From contig NC_083236.1 in assembly GCF_032191835.1 (NCBI RefSeq), positions 14,942,001 through 15,006,000 of the forward strand: DNA of 64,000 bases. Direction: 5' to 3'. Source of the DNA: Heteronotia binoei. Lineage: Eukaryota. The notes beneath the pieces are model-generated. The model was not told the origin of the DNA. It ran no database searches and saw only the letters and a program-made list of their open reading frames with translations. A program made the position numbers and the translations under genes. Within the stretch, counting starts at the first letter, position 1. Every line of letters begins with the position of its first letter. Below are positions 1 through 11,744 of the stretch, piece after piece.

Positions 1-345
1 AAATATGCCATTTCAAAAGAATGTTCGTGCAGTCCAACAAAATTCAAGTCATGCAAAACTTCTATTATGCTGAGCTCTTGTTATACAAGACAAGGTTACA
101 ATCTAAAAACTAAAATAAGTAGTCAGCCTCCAAACTTCAAACCATGATCAGGTAGATCCATTTCTCTGGGCCCTGCCAAAGGCAATTCCTGAAGACTTCT
201 TTAGTACAGACTATTCTCCAATGCAGTCAGTACATGTTAAGAATGAAGTTTGAGTCCAGTGACACCTTTAAGACCAACAGAGTGTAATCTGGGTGTAAGC
301 TTTCATGTGCATGTACACTTCTTCAGGCTACTGAACTGAGTATGT

Positions 346-661
346 CAGGGGTGGCCAAACTGCAGCCTGGGAGCCACATGTGGCTCATACACACATATTA
401 TGTGGCTCTCAGAGCCCCCATCACCCCACTGGCCAGCTTAGAGAAGGCATTTGTCTCTCTAAATCACTTTTCGAAGCCAAGCCAGTCAGCAGCTTGGAGA
501 ATGCATTTAAAGCTGCTTTCTTTCCACCACTCTCTCCCCCCATCAATATGCTTCCCTCTCTCCTGGTCTTTGTGGCCTCTCAAACATCTGACATTCATGT
601 CTTGCAGCTCTCTGATGTATATTCTGTGTGGCTCTTACATTAAGCAAGTTTGGCCTCCCCG
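346..661 (+). mobile_element. hAT MITE (CAGGGGTGGCCAAAC termini)
   Basis: TSD GAGTATGT/GTGTATGT; a related copy lies inverted at 37519-37809. Confidence 0.8.
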
Positions 662-1100
662 GTGTATGTTAAGGTTCAACTAATTTATTCTCTTTGTTGT
701 AGTTTATGAATTTATATGATCTAAGGATTAATATTTCTTTGACTTCCTGGTTGTTCCCAGAGGATTTGATGCAGTCTGTGTGTTCTGAGGGTTCACTTTT
801 ATTTCCCCCTCCTACATACTGTTTATATTTTATATCACATTATTTTTCTTTAGCAATTGCAGCCTCAGAAATTGCTTATCAAGGAGCAGAGAACGGTGCC
901 AGCAGAGTGGGAAATGGTAACCCTTTCCTCCCCTCCTGTTTTCTCACTAGAAAAAGACAACCACAGATCCTTTAAGCCCCAGTATATGCGTGCGTGGGGG
1001 GTGGGGGTGGGGATACAGGTACTCATAAATTTTCCTTGGCAAAAGTAAACATATTGGTGGGTGGGTGTGTTAGAAAACTGCAAGGAAGGAAAGGGTTAAA

Positions 1101-1382
1101 CAGGGGTGTCAATCTCATTTGTTATGAGGGCCGGATCTGACATAAATTTAACCTTGTTGGGCCAGGCCATGCATGTCATAAAATATAATGCCAGGTAGGG
1201 GAGATATAAACTTTATAAAGGACACAGACAAACACGCACACTCAGCCTAACCCACCTCACTAGCTTGTTGCGCCTCAGCCAACAGAATGAAGAGAGGCTT
1301 GGCTCAGTAACTCTCCTGTGCAATTGAGAGAGCCTGCAAAGTTAGCCGATTTGGCCTTTGGGCCACATGTGTAATACCCCTG
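1101..1382 (+). mobile_element. hAT MITE (CAGGGGTGTCAA termini) downstream of the CD14 stop
   Basis: TIR-like ends; GGTTAAA flanks both sides; related to 9806-10360. Confidence 0.75.
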
Positions 1383-1724
1383 GGTTAAAGCTTCCCTCTC
1401 TCCCCATGCAGTTCTCTCCCTAGATAAAGCAACCCCAGAGGCTGGTTTTTTTTTTTTTTTTTAAACCCTCTAAAATAAATAGGGTCTGTTTGGTTAAATT
1501 CCTTGTTCTAAGGATTTTTTGTTCCCCTAGACTTCTAAAAGTCTTGGAATATAATTCTAAGTGACAACACACTGCAGCAGAGAGTGCTACATGCATGGAT
1601 TCCAATCTCATACCAGTGTGGAATTCTAAATGTTCTTTTCAAAAATACCCTGTCATGTATGCTGGATAACTCAGTAGTTGCAGCTGGAACTTTGGAACTG
1701 ATCTAAATAAAAGTTTGATGATCA

Positions 1725-3068
1725 TCAAATCAGAAACAGGCAAAGAGCCAGGTGAAGGCTGGACAGCAAGACGACCACGGAGCCACGTCCGACCGGAGCT
1801 TGGTTGCACCGCAGTGTTGAAGAAGGCATATCTTTAACCAAGGAGTCCTCGTAATGAGGAGGGGATTGGCATGTATAGTCATGAGGCCAGTCGGCCAGTA
1901 AGGACAGCTTGCTTGCCAAGTCCTGGAGCTGCTGGGTATAAGGACAAGAGCAATTATAGAGATTGTGGCCGGCTTTTAAGACCTTCAAGTGCCTCAGCTG
2001 CAGCAGGCTCTGGCTAGGCAGATGTGAGATCTGGTTTTGATCGACACTGAGGACTTCCAGATGAGGGAGATTCTCGACTGAGGGGATTGCCTGCAGACTG
2101 TTATTGGACAGGTAGAGTTCTTTCAAGGCAGGAAGTGAGAGATCAAGGGTAAAGATGTTGTTGGCGCTCAAGTCTAAGGTCTCCAGGTTGGGTGGCAGAG
2201 ACCATTCCACATGTTCTAGCCCTGTGCTGGACAAGTTGAGAACCCGAAGGGTCTGAGGCCACGTGCACTCGGAGGAGGGCGAGAATCCAGGCAGGAAATC
2301 GTTCCGACTGAGGTCTAAGTGAGTGAGCATGCTGAGGGCAACAACTGCCTCGCACGCAGCATCGTAAGAGCTCAGCTGGTTGTGGTGGAGTTTTAACACC
2401 TGGAGTGCTGGGAAAGCTCCCAGGCAGAATGAAGACCTGATGCTCTTGTCCTGGAAATGGTTTCCTGAAACATCAAGGAAATGCAATCCAGTGAACACCT
2501 GGCTGATTTCGCATGGGATGGAGGTGACCTGTGATTCGGTGAGTGTCAAATTCTTCAGGGTCTCCAGCCATCTTGTCAGACCGGTCAAATCATTGCGCCT
2601 GTCAGCCAGAGACTCAGCTGTCACTTTGTGGAAACGCAGAGAGGAAACCTGCAGCAGGGAAGGCCCATCTTTGTAACGCCGGCCGGCTGTCCTAAGGAAA
2701 GTGCAGTTTACAAATTCGATTTCTGAGAGCAGAGGAGGATGGGAAACAAATTCCAGAGCTCCTGGCAATTGAATCTCTGGTACAACGAGGTCTGTAAAGA
2801 TGAGCTTGCGGACTTCCAGGGCCTGGAGAATATCGATAATGTATGGAGATGGTGTCATTTCTGAAAACATGGCAAATTTTTCCAGGTTTCCGCCTCGAAG
2901 CTCGTATGTGGTGGCTTGCAAGCATTCCAAAACGTTTTCAGTCTCTGACTCCTCCAGCAGTGAACAAACGCAGAGTTTTTCAGACTCAAAAAACCCACAG
3001 TTGCCTTTTGCCTTGGGGAGTTTCAGTCCCAGGAGAAGGAGGGACATAAAGGCCTGAGTTCTGCACAT
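1725..3068 (-). CDS. CD14: CD14 (monocyte differentiation antigen; LRR LPS co-receptor), 447 aa, single coding exon
   Basis: The ORF has a signal peptide (MCRTQAFMSLLLLGLKLPKAKG) and an N-terminal C..C.C cap (CGFFESEKLCVC). It continues with LxxLxLxxN LRRs and an LRRCT (NLYNCSC...YTCQSP...C), and ends in a hydrophobic C-terminus with no cytoplasmic tail. The ATG at 3068 lies 10 nt after a splice acceptor. Position next to TMCO6-NDUFA2-IK matches CD14 synteny. Confidence 0.88.
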   Translation of the reverse strand: MCRTQAFMSLLLLGLKLPKAKGNCGFFESEKLCVCSLLEESETENVLECLQATTYELRGGNLEKFAMFSEMTPSPYIIDILQALEVRKLIFTDLVVPEIQLPGALEFVSHPPLLSEIEFVNCTFLRTAGRRYKDGPSLLQVSSLRFHKVTAESLADRRNDLTGLTRWLETLKNLTLTESQVTSIPCEISQVFTGLHFLDVSGNHFQDKSIRSSFCLGAFPALQVLKLHHNQLSSYDAACEAVVALSMLTHLDLSRNDFLPGFSPSSECTWPQTLRVLNLSSTGLEHVEWSLPPNLETLDLSANNIFTLDLSLPALKELYLSNNSLQAIPSVENLPHLEVLSVDQNQISHLPSQSLLQLRHLKVLKAGHNLYNCSCPYTQQLQDLASKLSLLADWPHDYTCQSPPHYEDSLVKDMPSSTLRCNQAPVGRGSVVVLLSSLHLALCLFLI

Positions 3069-3078
3069 GATACCAAGC

Positions 3079-3096
3079 CTGGAAAAGAGAAGAATC
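3079..3096 (-). other. CD14: Splice acceptor upstream of the CD14 coding exon
   Basis: Minus strand reads gattcttctcttttccag|GCTTGGTATCATG, a polypyrimidine tract plus AG. This implies an upstream first exon that I have not located with certainty. Confidence 0.75.
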
Positions 3097-3531
3097 ACAG
3101 GAAATCTATGGCAGGAAGTTCAAAAATGATAACAGCCATTTATGTCCTTTGATGGATGTCAGACAGAACAAGAGGTAGCAAGTAGTAACTCAACCCTCTA
3201 CAACTTTGTCTATCTGTGACTCCTGAACTACTTTCCCTGCAAGGGTGGGAGCCCCCCCAACCCCCCCCCCCCCAAAAAAACCCTGACATTTGAGAGACTG
3301 CAAATACCCCCTTCCTTTCACGAATGGAATAGAAATGACGGCACCAGTGGTGCCTTTGTGACTTCTCCAGGCATTTCTGCAATCCCTGCTCTCATCTCAG
3401 AACTCTATGCGTGGTCAGCAGGCAGGGTTGCCAGCTCTCAGTTGGAAAATACCTGGAGATTTGAGGGTGGAGTCTGGGAAGGACAGGGTTTGGAGGCAGG
3501 AGGGAGCTCAGCAAGGTATAATGCTATAGAG

Positions 3532-3668
3532 CAGGGGGTGGCCAACGGTAGCTCCCCAGATGTTTTTGGCCTACAACTCCCATCAGCCTCAGCTATTGGC
3601 CATGCTGGCTGGGGCTGGTGGGAGTTGAAGGCAAAAAACATCTGGGGAGCTACCGTTGGCCACACCTG
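3532..3668. mobile_element. Palindromic hAT/Charlie-type MITE (family C), nested in another MITE (~3423-3772)
   Basis: CAGGGG(G)TGGCCAAC...GTTGGCCAC.CCTG; TSD CTATAGAG/CTATAAAG. Confidence 0.85.
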
Positions 3669-4375
3669 CTATAAAGTCTGCCCTTCAAAACAGCCATTTT
3701 TTCCAGGGGAGCTGATCTTGGTCATCTGGAGATCAATTGTAACAGTGGCACTCTCCAGATGCCACCTGAAGGACACAGTTTCCGGTCTCTTTTTATTATG
3801 TAAGGGACTTCAGTGGGGTGTTTAATATTATAGAGTCTATCCTCCAAAGCAGCTGTTTTCTCCAGGGAACTGATCTCTGTTGCCTGAAGGTCAATTTTAA
3901 TTCCAGTTCTCACCAGGCCTCACCTAGAATACACTAGTCATAAACTGAGTCGCCAGCTTTGGGTTGGGAAATTCTCAGAGATTTGGGGGTGGGATTCTGG
4001 GAGATCTCCAGGCCCCACACGGGGGATGCAACACTACGGAGAAGAAATCTGTGTCTACTTTAGTATATTAATGTCGCAATTTAAAGATACAGTATCAAAG
4101 TCTTGGATCACAATGATAACATACAATTTATACATCACAAAATGTAAAGCGTACCCAAATGTCCATTGCACTTAGGGTTGGGAAATACCTGGAGATTTGG
4201 GGGTGGAGGCTGAGGATGGCAGAGTTTGGGCAGGGGAAGGACCTCAGGAGGGTATAACGCCACACAGCCCACCTTCTGAAGCAGCCATTTTCTCCGTCGT
4301 CTTTCTATCCAATGTAGGAGCGTTGGTCTCCAATATGAATTGTTTTAGTCATTTTCGAAGCTCGTTGAAGCCTCG

Positions 4376-4948
4376 TGTCATGGGTGCTGGGGACCCTGCA
4401 GAAGAAGCTGAGCCTGCAGAAGAAACTGTGCCCCTGCCACCTGCACCCGTGCCCCGGCCGCCTACTGGAGAAGATCCAAGCCCCCAGGCCTCGCCCTCTC
4501 GGGTGGCTCATGTACGTGACCGCCTGCGTCAGGATCTCAGGGACCGGAGGAGGGCGGCACGCTCACGAGCAAGACGCTCCCTGAGCCCTGAGTTTTAAAA
4601 GGATCCTGCCTCTTCTAGGAGTGAGGATGCCTGAGTCCCAGCAGGATCCTGGCTGCCCTCTGAGTCAGCAATTAATCCAAATGAGCAACAGCCAGCAGAG
4701 GGCTATATAGCTGTGGGCTTTGGGAGAAGACTTTGTGGAAGCAACTAGTCACTTACCTGACGTTCTAGCATCCACTTCGGCTTCTGACTTTGGCTTCTGG
4801 ACCCCGCCCCCCCCGACTTCGGCTCCTGGACCTTTGACTTGCGATACATGGACTGATTCGGTTTTGGTGTATTGGACCCTCATTGCTCCCCAGCTACAGA
4901 CCTTGGACTGCCCCTGGACTTTGCCTGACCCTACCCCAGCATGTGACA
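4376..4948 (+). mobile_element. Solo LTR (573 bp)
   Basis: TGTCA...TGACA termini, an exact 5-bp TSD CCTCG (4371-4375, 4949-4953) and an internal TATATA at 4704-4709. Confidence 0.88.
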
Positions 4949-7478
4949 CCTCGTGTGAAACGTGAATGCCCGTGTGGCTTTTCCTTACTGCTCTACCTTT
5001 TCACGTTACTCTTTTTGGTTGCTATAGCTTCCGGGTGGGGGCTGAAGATCTCCTGGAATTGCAGCCGATCTCCAGACAACAGAGACCAGTCCCCCTGGAG
5101 AAAATAGCTGTTTTGGAAGATGCATTCTATGGTATTATATCCCCATTGAAGTCCCACCCCTTCCTTCCCCAAGCTCCACCCCCAAATCTACAGGAATTTC
5201 CCAACCTAGAGTTGGTGTCCTGAGAGACTGACCACATGAGCAAACGGAAGAGAATAAATAACAGGAACTAAGTTCCATCTCTATATGATATTATCACTGC
5301 AATTCTGAACTACACGGGAGCCTCAATCCCGCCACACTGTGGGAAAAGCTGCCACTGAACTCCATATACATTTTGTTCTCCCTAGTGCGAATCATCTTTG
5401 GGATTATTTTGCTTCAGTTGGCAGATAGAAACTCAGATGATTTAATGCGTCTGCATTTAAAAATTAATATGCCAAGGAAATAGGGATGCCAGCCTCCAGG
5501 TGAGACCTGGGGATCCCCTGAAATTACAGCTCATCTCTAGACTAGAGGTCAGTTCCTCTGGAGAAAATGGTTGCTTTAGAGGGGGGACTCTGTGGCCTTG
5601 TGCCCCACTGAGGTCCCTGCCCCCCCCCTCCAGACTCCATCCCCAAATCTCCAGGAGTTTTCCATCCTGGATCTAGTAACACTGTCCCCCCATTCCCCAC
5701 TGGTGGTCATCGGAAACCTTACAAGGAGATGGCTAAAACCCTTCTCTCTAGGTTGCCAGTTCCAGGTCAGGAAATTCCTGGAGATTTTGGCAGTAGAGCC
5801 TGAGGAGGGTGGGTTTAGGAGCACTTCAGTGAGCTATAATGCTATACAGTCCACCTTCCCAAAGCAACCATTTTCTCCAGAGGAACTGATTGTTGTTGTC
5901 CAGTGACCAGTTGTGACCTCAGGAAATCTCCAGCCACCACCTGGAGACTGGCAACCCTGTGTCCTGTCTGATGCTAGTTTTCAACATGCAGGGAATTGTT
6001 GTATTCTCTCATAGGAGCTACAGCTTGCCATCTGAAGTACTGCAGCCCAAACACAAACCTACAGTTGCCAACTACCTTGGTGAGAGATGGGGCCTAGACA
6101 AGGGAATTGCTGGTAGGAAGGTCAGAAAGCAAACCTGTTTTATTGCACCTGAGCCGTTAGCCATGTGTGGGTGGGAGTGTTATTGCAGTGTGGAGTTTAG
6201 GATATCAACATTTCTCTGGTGTTTTCTGCAAGAAGTGAGCTGACATTCCTCGTGACTCGTACTGTACTTAAATAATTGCTGTAGTAATACAGAGTCAAAG
6301 GAAACTCTCCCAGCAGGTGGTTTTTAGCATAAATGCACTCCTCCTGCAAACAACAGCTGACAACTTATGACTGAGCATGGTCCAGTCTCACAGAAAAGCA
6401 GGTCTTTTTTTGCTCATTTGCTGTTCCATCAGTTATAACTCTGTCGTATGACTCCAATTTAAAAATCATTTTCTGGTTTTTTTTTTTAAGGAGGACCCTT
6501 GCAGGGAAGGAAACAGATAATAAAACCAGAGAAGACATTCCTTTACCAGCCAGCCTTGCAAGAACACCCTTGGGTTATCATAAGCCAAATATTTTTGTTA
6601 TTCCAGAGGCAGGATGCTAGAAGCAACCTCCGGCTTATGGCAAGAGACAAATGACACCTCAGCGTCAAAACAAAGAAGGACTCCCCTACCTCCTGTTCCA
6701 GCTTCCAGAATCCTTTTCTGCCCCAGAGAGGCTGGGTGAAATCTGCTTCCAAAGCGTCCTGATCTGGCAGAGTGGGCCCTTCTTTCTGGAACTGGGGGAG
6801 GGGCCAAGAGTGACTGTCTTTCACATTTCCAGATGTGATTTCCCCTTCCTGATCTGCATCTGGTTCTTTCTTCAAAATTACACCAGAAGTAAAACAGGCT
6901 TCTGGAGAGGGCCCAGACCACTTATTTCACAAGCCTTTTGCGGAACTCTGAATGCAGAAGGATATGGTTGCCGATGTGTTGCTTAACAGGAGTCTGGAAA
7001 TAAAGGATCTTCTGTGTGCATTTCCCCCCTCTTCCTTCTTGAACTCAATGCGGGCGACACAGCCAGTTCCAAGCACAGGCGATGATGTCACGCAATTCCG
7101 GACACAAATAGCTGAACCCTCACTGTCTGCCCAGCTCCAATAAAGTCAAGTGAGGCTCTTGGGCAGGCCAGGCATCTGTGTTTCTGTGTGTGTGTGTGCG
7201 CGCACGTTAGGGTTGCCAAGTCCAATTCAAGAAATATCTGGGGACTTTGGGGGTGGAGCCAGGAGACATTGGGGGTGGAACTAGGACCAAGGTTGTGACA
7301 AGGACAATTGAACTCCAAAGGCAGTTCTGGCCATCAGATTAAAAGAGACCGCACGCCTTTTAAATGCCTTCTTTAAATAGGGGCACCTTCTTTGGGGGCT
7401 CATAGAAACTTGAGGGATGTTTTGAGGAGAGGCATTGGATGCTATGCTGCAACCTTGGTGCATCTAGCTCAAAAAAAC

Positions 7479-8287
7479 TTTGAGCAGACTGTGGAGGATG
7501 GTAGAAGACAGGAGGGTCTGGCGTGACTTTGTCCATTGGGTCGCAAAGAGTTGGACTCGACTGATGATGATGATGATATTGGATTTATATCCCGCCCTCC
7601 ACTCCGAAGAGTCTCAGAGCGGCTCACAATCTCCTTTCCCTTCCTCCCCCACAACAGACACCCTGTGAGGTGGATGAAGATATTGGATTTATATCCCACC
7701 CTCCACTCTGAAGAGTCTCAGAGCAGCTCACAATCTCCTTTACCTTCCTCCCCCACAACAGACACCCTGTGAGGTAGATGAAGATATTGGATTTATATCC
7801 CGCCCTCCACTCCGAAGAGTCTTAGAGTGGCTCACAATCTCCTTTACCTTCCCCCCCCCCACAACAGACACCCTGTGAGGTAGATGAAGATATTGGATTT
7901 ATATCCCACCCTCCACTCCGAAGAGTCTCAGAGTGGCTCACAATCTCCTTTACCTTCCTCCCCCACAACAGACACCCTGTGAAGTAGATGAAGATATTGG
8001 ATTTATATCCCACCCTCCACTCCGAAGAGTCTCAGAGCGGCTCACAATCTCCTCTACCTTCCTCCCCCACAACAGACACCCTGTGAGGTGGGTGGGGCTG
8101 GAGAGGGCTCTCCCAGCAGCTGCCCTTTCAAGGACAACCTCTGCCAGAGTTATGGCTGACCCGAGGCCATGCTAGCAGGTGCAAGTGGAGGAGTGGGGAA
8201 TCAAACCCGGTTCTCCCAGATAAGAGTCTGCACACTTAACCACGACACGAAACTGGCTCTCCTGACTGTGCAATGGAACAACAACAA
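7479..8287 (+). mobile_element. Bov-B/RTE 3' fragment carrying a nested SINE
   Basis: gaagacaggagggtctggcgtgactttgtccat...ttggactcgactg [SINE] ctgactgtg...gaacaacaacaa. Confidence 0.75.
7565..8251 (-). mobile_element. tRNA-derived SINE (Squam3-like) with five tandem copies of a ~104-bp 3' segment
   Basis: Units start at 7575, 7679, 7783, 7889 and 7993. The tRNA-like head with A/B boxes is at 8190-8251. Confidence 0.88.
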
Positions 8288-9805
8288 AGCTCAAAAAACA
8301 GCCCCCCTCCCGAGCCCCAGATACCCGTGGATCAATTCTCCATTATACCCTATGGGAATCAGTTTCCATAGGGAATAATGGATTGCCCAGCTGACATTTC
8401 CCTCCCCTCACTTTCTGATGACCCTGAAGTGGGGGGGGGCCTCCATTCCAGGGGATCCCCTGTCCCCGCCTGGGGATTGGCAACCCTAGTGCGATGTGTG
8501 TGTGTTGACTTCCCAGTCACAGCTGTGGAAAGAAAAGTATGGAAGCCAAGGCTTTTTTTGAGCAAGAATGCACAGGAATGCAGTTCCAGCTGGCTTGGCA
8601 TCAGGAGGTGTGGCCTAATATGCAAATGAGTTCCCGCTGGGCTTTTTCTACAAAAAAAGGCCTGATGAAAAGCCCAAAGCAGAATCCCAAGGCTGGTTTG
8701 AATGAGATGTTGGAGAGGCAAAATTGTTTTCCTATGAGAGTTGGCATGCAGGAGTAGATATAAAATTTACAGTCGTCTTGAGGGTTCCCATCCTCCAGTT
8801 GGGGCCTGGAGAATGCCCCCTTTTACAATTTCTCTCCAGACTACAGAGTTCAGTTCCCCTGTTGCTTTGGAGAGTGGACTCAATGGCATTGTTCCATGCT
8901 GAGGTTCCTGCCTCCTCAAACTCTGCCCTCTTCAGGCTCCACTCCACCCCCAAATTCCCAGGTATTTTCCAGCCCAAAACTGTCGACTGGAACTGGAAGG
9001 CAGATTCAGGTGGGTACTAGTGGCATTGGCCTGAAGCTGCAGAACAAAATTTGAGTCCAGTGGCACTTTTAAGACCAACGAAGTTTTATTCTGGGTATGA
9101 GCTTTCATGCGCACTCACAGTTCTTCAGAAGGGTATAACTCTCTTTAGGATTCCACTGTAAGTTGTAAAAAGCAGTTATATAGGTGCGTCTTCTTGCGAT
9201 ATGGAACAGGCCTGCAGATGGTGTGTGTGAATGGGGGGTGTTGAATCCCCTCTTTTCCTATTGATCCTGGTTCAGATCCAAATTCTTGGGGGGGGGGGGA
9301 AGAGAGTTGGTGAGAATATAGAAGCTGACTTTTTCGGAAAGGAGCTCATTTTCAGTATTACAAGTTGCACACTTCACCCAGCACAAAGCTAAGCCCAACC
9401 TGAAGACTTCACATTTGTAGTGAGAGGTATTTGCCATCATCACCTGCCATATTGTCAGTTCTGTAGGCAGCAAAATGTTTCTGCCTGAGGCCATCACCTA
9501 TGTGGAAATTGATTCATTTTTAACAATTGAAGGTCAGAAAGCTAAAAAAAAATATATCCAAGAGAAGATGCGTGTGGACCAATGCCTCTGCAGCCTGCTG
9601 GGAAATTTGGCTTTGTTGCCATCAATTCTGGAAGTCTTTTTTTACATTCCAGTCCTAAATAGGCCAAACAATGTGAAGAATAGTGCAGTGAACATGGCTT
9701 GACATCAAGGTGTTTGAGAGAGGGATGGCAGCGCAACACCAGGATTTCCTGCCTGCCTTCTGAACTGGGTATGGGGCAGACACTGTCATAAATGTCCTGC
9801 TAGAT

Positions 9806-10360
9806 CAGGGGTGTCAAACCCATTTGTTATGAGGGCCAGATCTGACATAAACGAGACTTTGCAGGGCCAAACCATGTTGGGCTGGGCTGTGTGTGTTCCT
9901 GTTTAATATTAGGTAGCAAAGATAGAAACTTTATAAAGGACAAATTTAAAACAAAACATGCTTAAAACATTAGCGCTCGTTGGTCTTAAAGGTGCTTTCT
10001 TTGTATTTCTCCCATGGGCTCCTTCCTTCCTTCCCCAGGGGACCAGGAGGGGGAGGAGCCTTAGCCAATAGAAGGAAGAGAGGCTTGGTTCAGTAGCTCT
10101 GCTGTGTGATTGAAAGAGCCTGGCAAAGCAAGCTCTGCCTCCCCCCACCCTTCCTCTCCAAGGAAGGAACCTCAGCCAATGGAGAAAATCAAGGTTTTGC
10201 TCTGTAGTTCCTGTGCAATTAAGCAAGCCTGGCAAAGCAGGCCGTGATGCAGAAGGAAACAAGAGAGAGAGAGAGAGAGAGAGAGAGGGAAGCAGATGAC
10301 AGCCAGTTGCTTGGGGGGGGGGGCTGATTCGGCCCCTGGGCTGCATGTTTGACACCCCTG
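9806..10360 (+). mobile_element. hAT MITE (CAGGGGTGTCAAAC...GTTTGACACCCCTG)
   Basis: 14-bp TIRs; contains (AG)n at ~10262-10287. Confidence 0.85.
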
Positions 10361-10770
10361 TTAGATGATTTTCGCCAAATACCCAGGGGGGCAGTGTTTT
10401 CCTGTTGGTGCTTCTGTGCTCCTTAGCCACTCTTGCCACCATCACCTATGGCTTCCTTTGGGGCTCGTATTAGCCAGGTATGGCTTTTTAGTGGTCTCAG
10501 TCCAACTGAGGGGAGACTACTGTCCTACCTGTTGGCTTTGGGATAGCGTTGCCAGACTTCAAGTGGCACCTGGAGATGTCGGTGATTTCAATTGATCTCC
10601 AAACAACCAAAGTCAGTTCCAGGAGATAAAATGGCCGCTTTGGAGGGTGGGCTGTATAGCACTGTACCCCCCTCAAAATCTCCAGGTATTTCCCAATCGA
10701 GAGCTTGATAAATATATTGAACAGAGGTCCATCTGTGGCTATTAGCAACAAGGTATAGAGGGAACACTTA

Positions 10771-11263
10771 TAGAGTTGCCAGGTCCAACTAAAGAAATAT
10801 CTGGGGACTTTGGGGGTGGAGACAGGACCAAGGGTGCAACAAGCATGACTGAACTCCAAAGGGAGTTCTGGCCTTCACATTTAAAGGGACCGCATGCCTT
10901 TTAAATGTCTTCCCTCCATTTGGAAATAATGAAGGATAGGGGCACCTTCTTCTGGAGCTCATAGAATTGGACTGGCTGGTCCAATCTTTTTGAAACTTGG
11001 GGGGTGTTCTGGGGAGAGGCACTGGATATTATACTGAGAATTTGGTGCCTCTACCTCAACAAACAGACCCTCCCCGCAGAACCTCAGATACCCACAGATC
11101 AATTCTCCATTATACTCTATGGGAACTGTTCTTCATAATCATAGGGTATAATGGAGTGCCCAGCAGACATTTCTCCCCCCCCCCCACCTTCTGAACCCTG
11201 AAGTGGGGGGCGGGCCTCCAAACCTGGGGATTCCCTGCCCCCACCTGAGGATTGGGAACCCTA
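10771..11263 (+). mobile_element. hAT MITE family A (diverged copy)
   Basis: Same body as the other copies; imperfect TIRs. Confidence 0.8.
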
Positions 11264-11608
11264 GACTGCTTGGGACAGTGATGCTCTGTATTCTTGGTGC
11301 TTGGGGGAGGGGCAGCAGTGGGAGGGCTTCTGGAGATCTGGTCCTGCTGGTGGAAGCCTGATGGCACCTGGGTTTTGGCCACTGTATGACACAGAGTGTT
11401 GGGCTACATGGGTCATTGACCTGATCCAACATGGTTTCCCTTCTGTTCTTAACTACTTTGTTGGGGTGCCTCAGGAGTGTCTCTCATACTTTTAACCATA
11501 CTGAAACCACTGAGAAAGATCACTTGGAAATTTTGGGCAGTACACTGCTAATACACAACTCCAGTTCATGATGGGCCTGGTTCCTGTGAAGGCGTCTCTG
11601 TCCTATAG

Positions 11609-11744
11609 CAGGGGTGGCCAATGGTAGCTCTCCAGATGTTTTTTGTCTACAACTCCCATCAGCTCTAGCCATTGGCCATGCTGGCCGGGGCTGATGGGAG
11701 TTGTAGGCAAAAAACATCTGGAGAGCTACCGTTAGCGACCCCTA
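11609..11744. mobile_element. hAT MITE family C
   Basis: Exact TSD TCCTATAG. Confidence 0.9.

Larger units (their letters stand above)
7208..8488 (+). mobile_element. hAT MITE family A (TAGGGTTGCCA...TGGCAACCCTA), interrupted by nested insertions
   Basis: Same sequence as the intact copies; split at agctcaaaaaa (7466-7476 and 8288-8298). Confidence 0.88.

Noticed and set aside
684-689. CD14 poly(A) signal
   Set aside because: AATAAA on the minus strand ~1 kb past the stop is plausible but has no independent support, so it is not listed as a feature.
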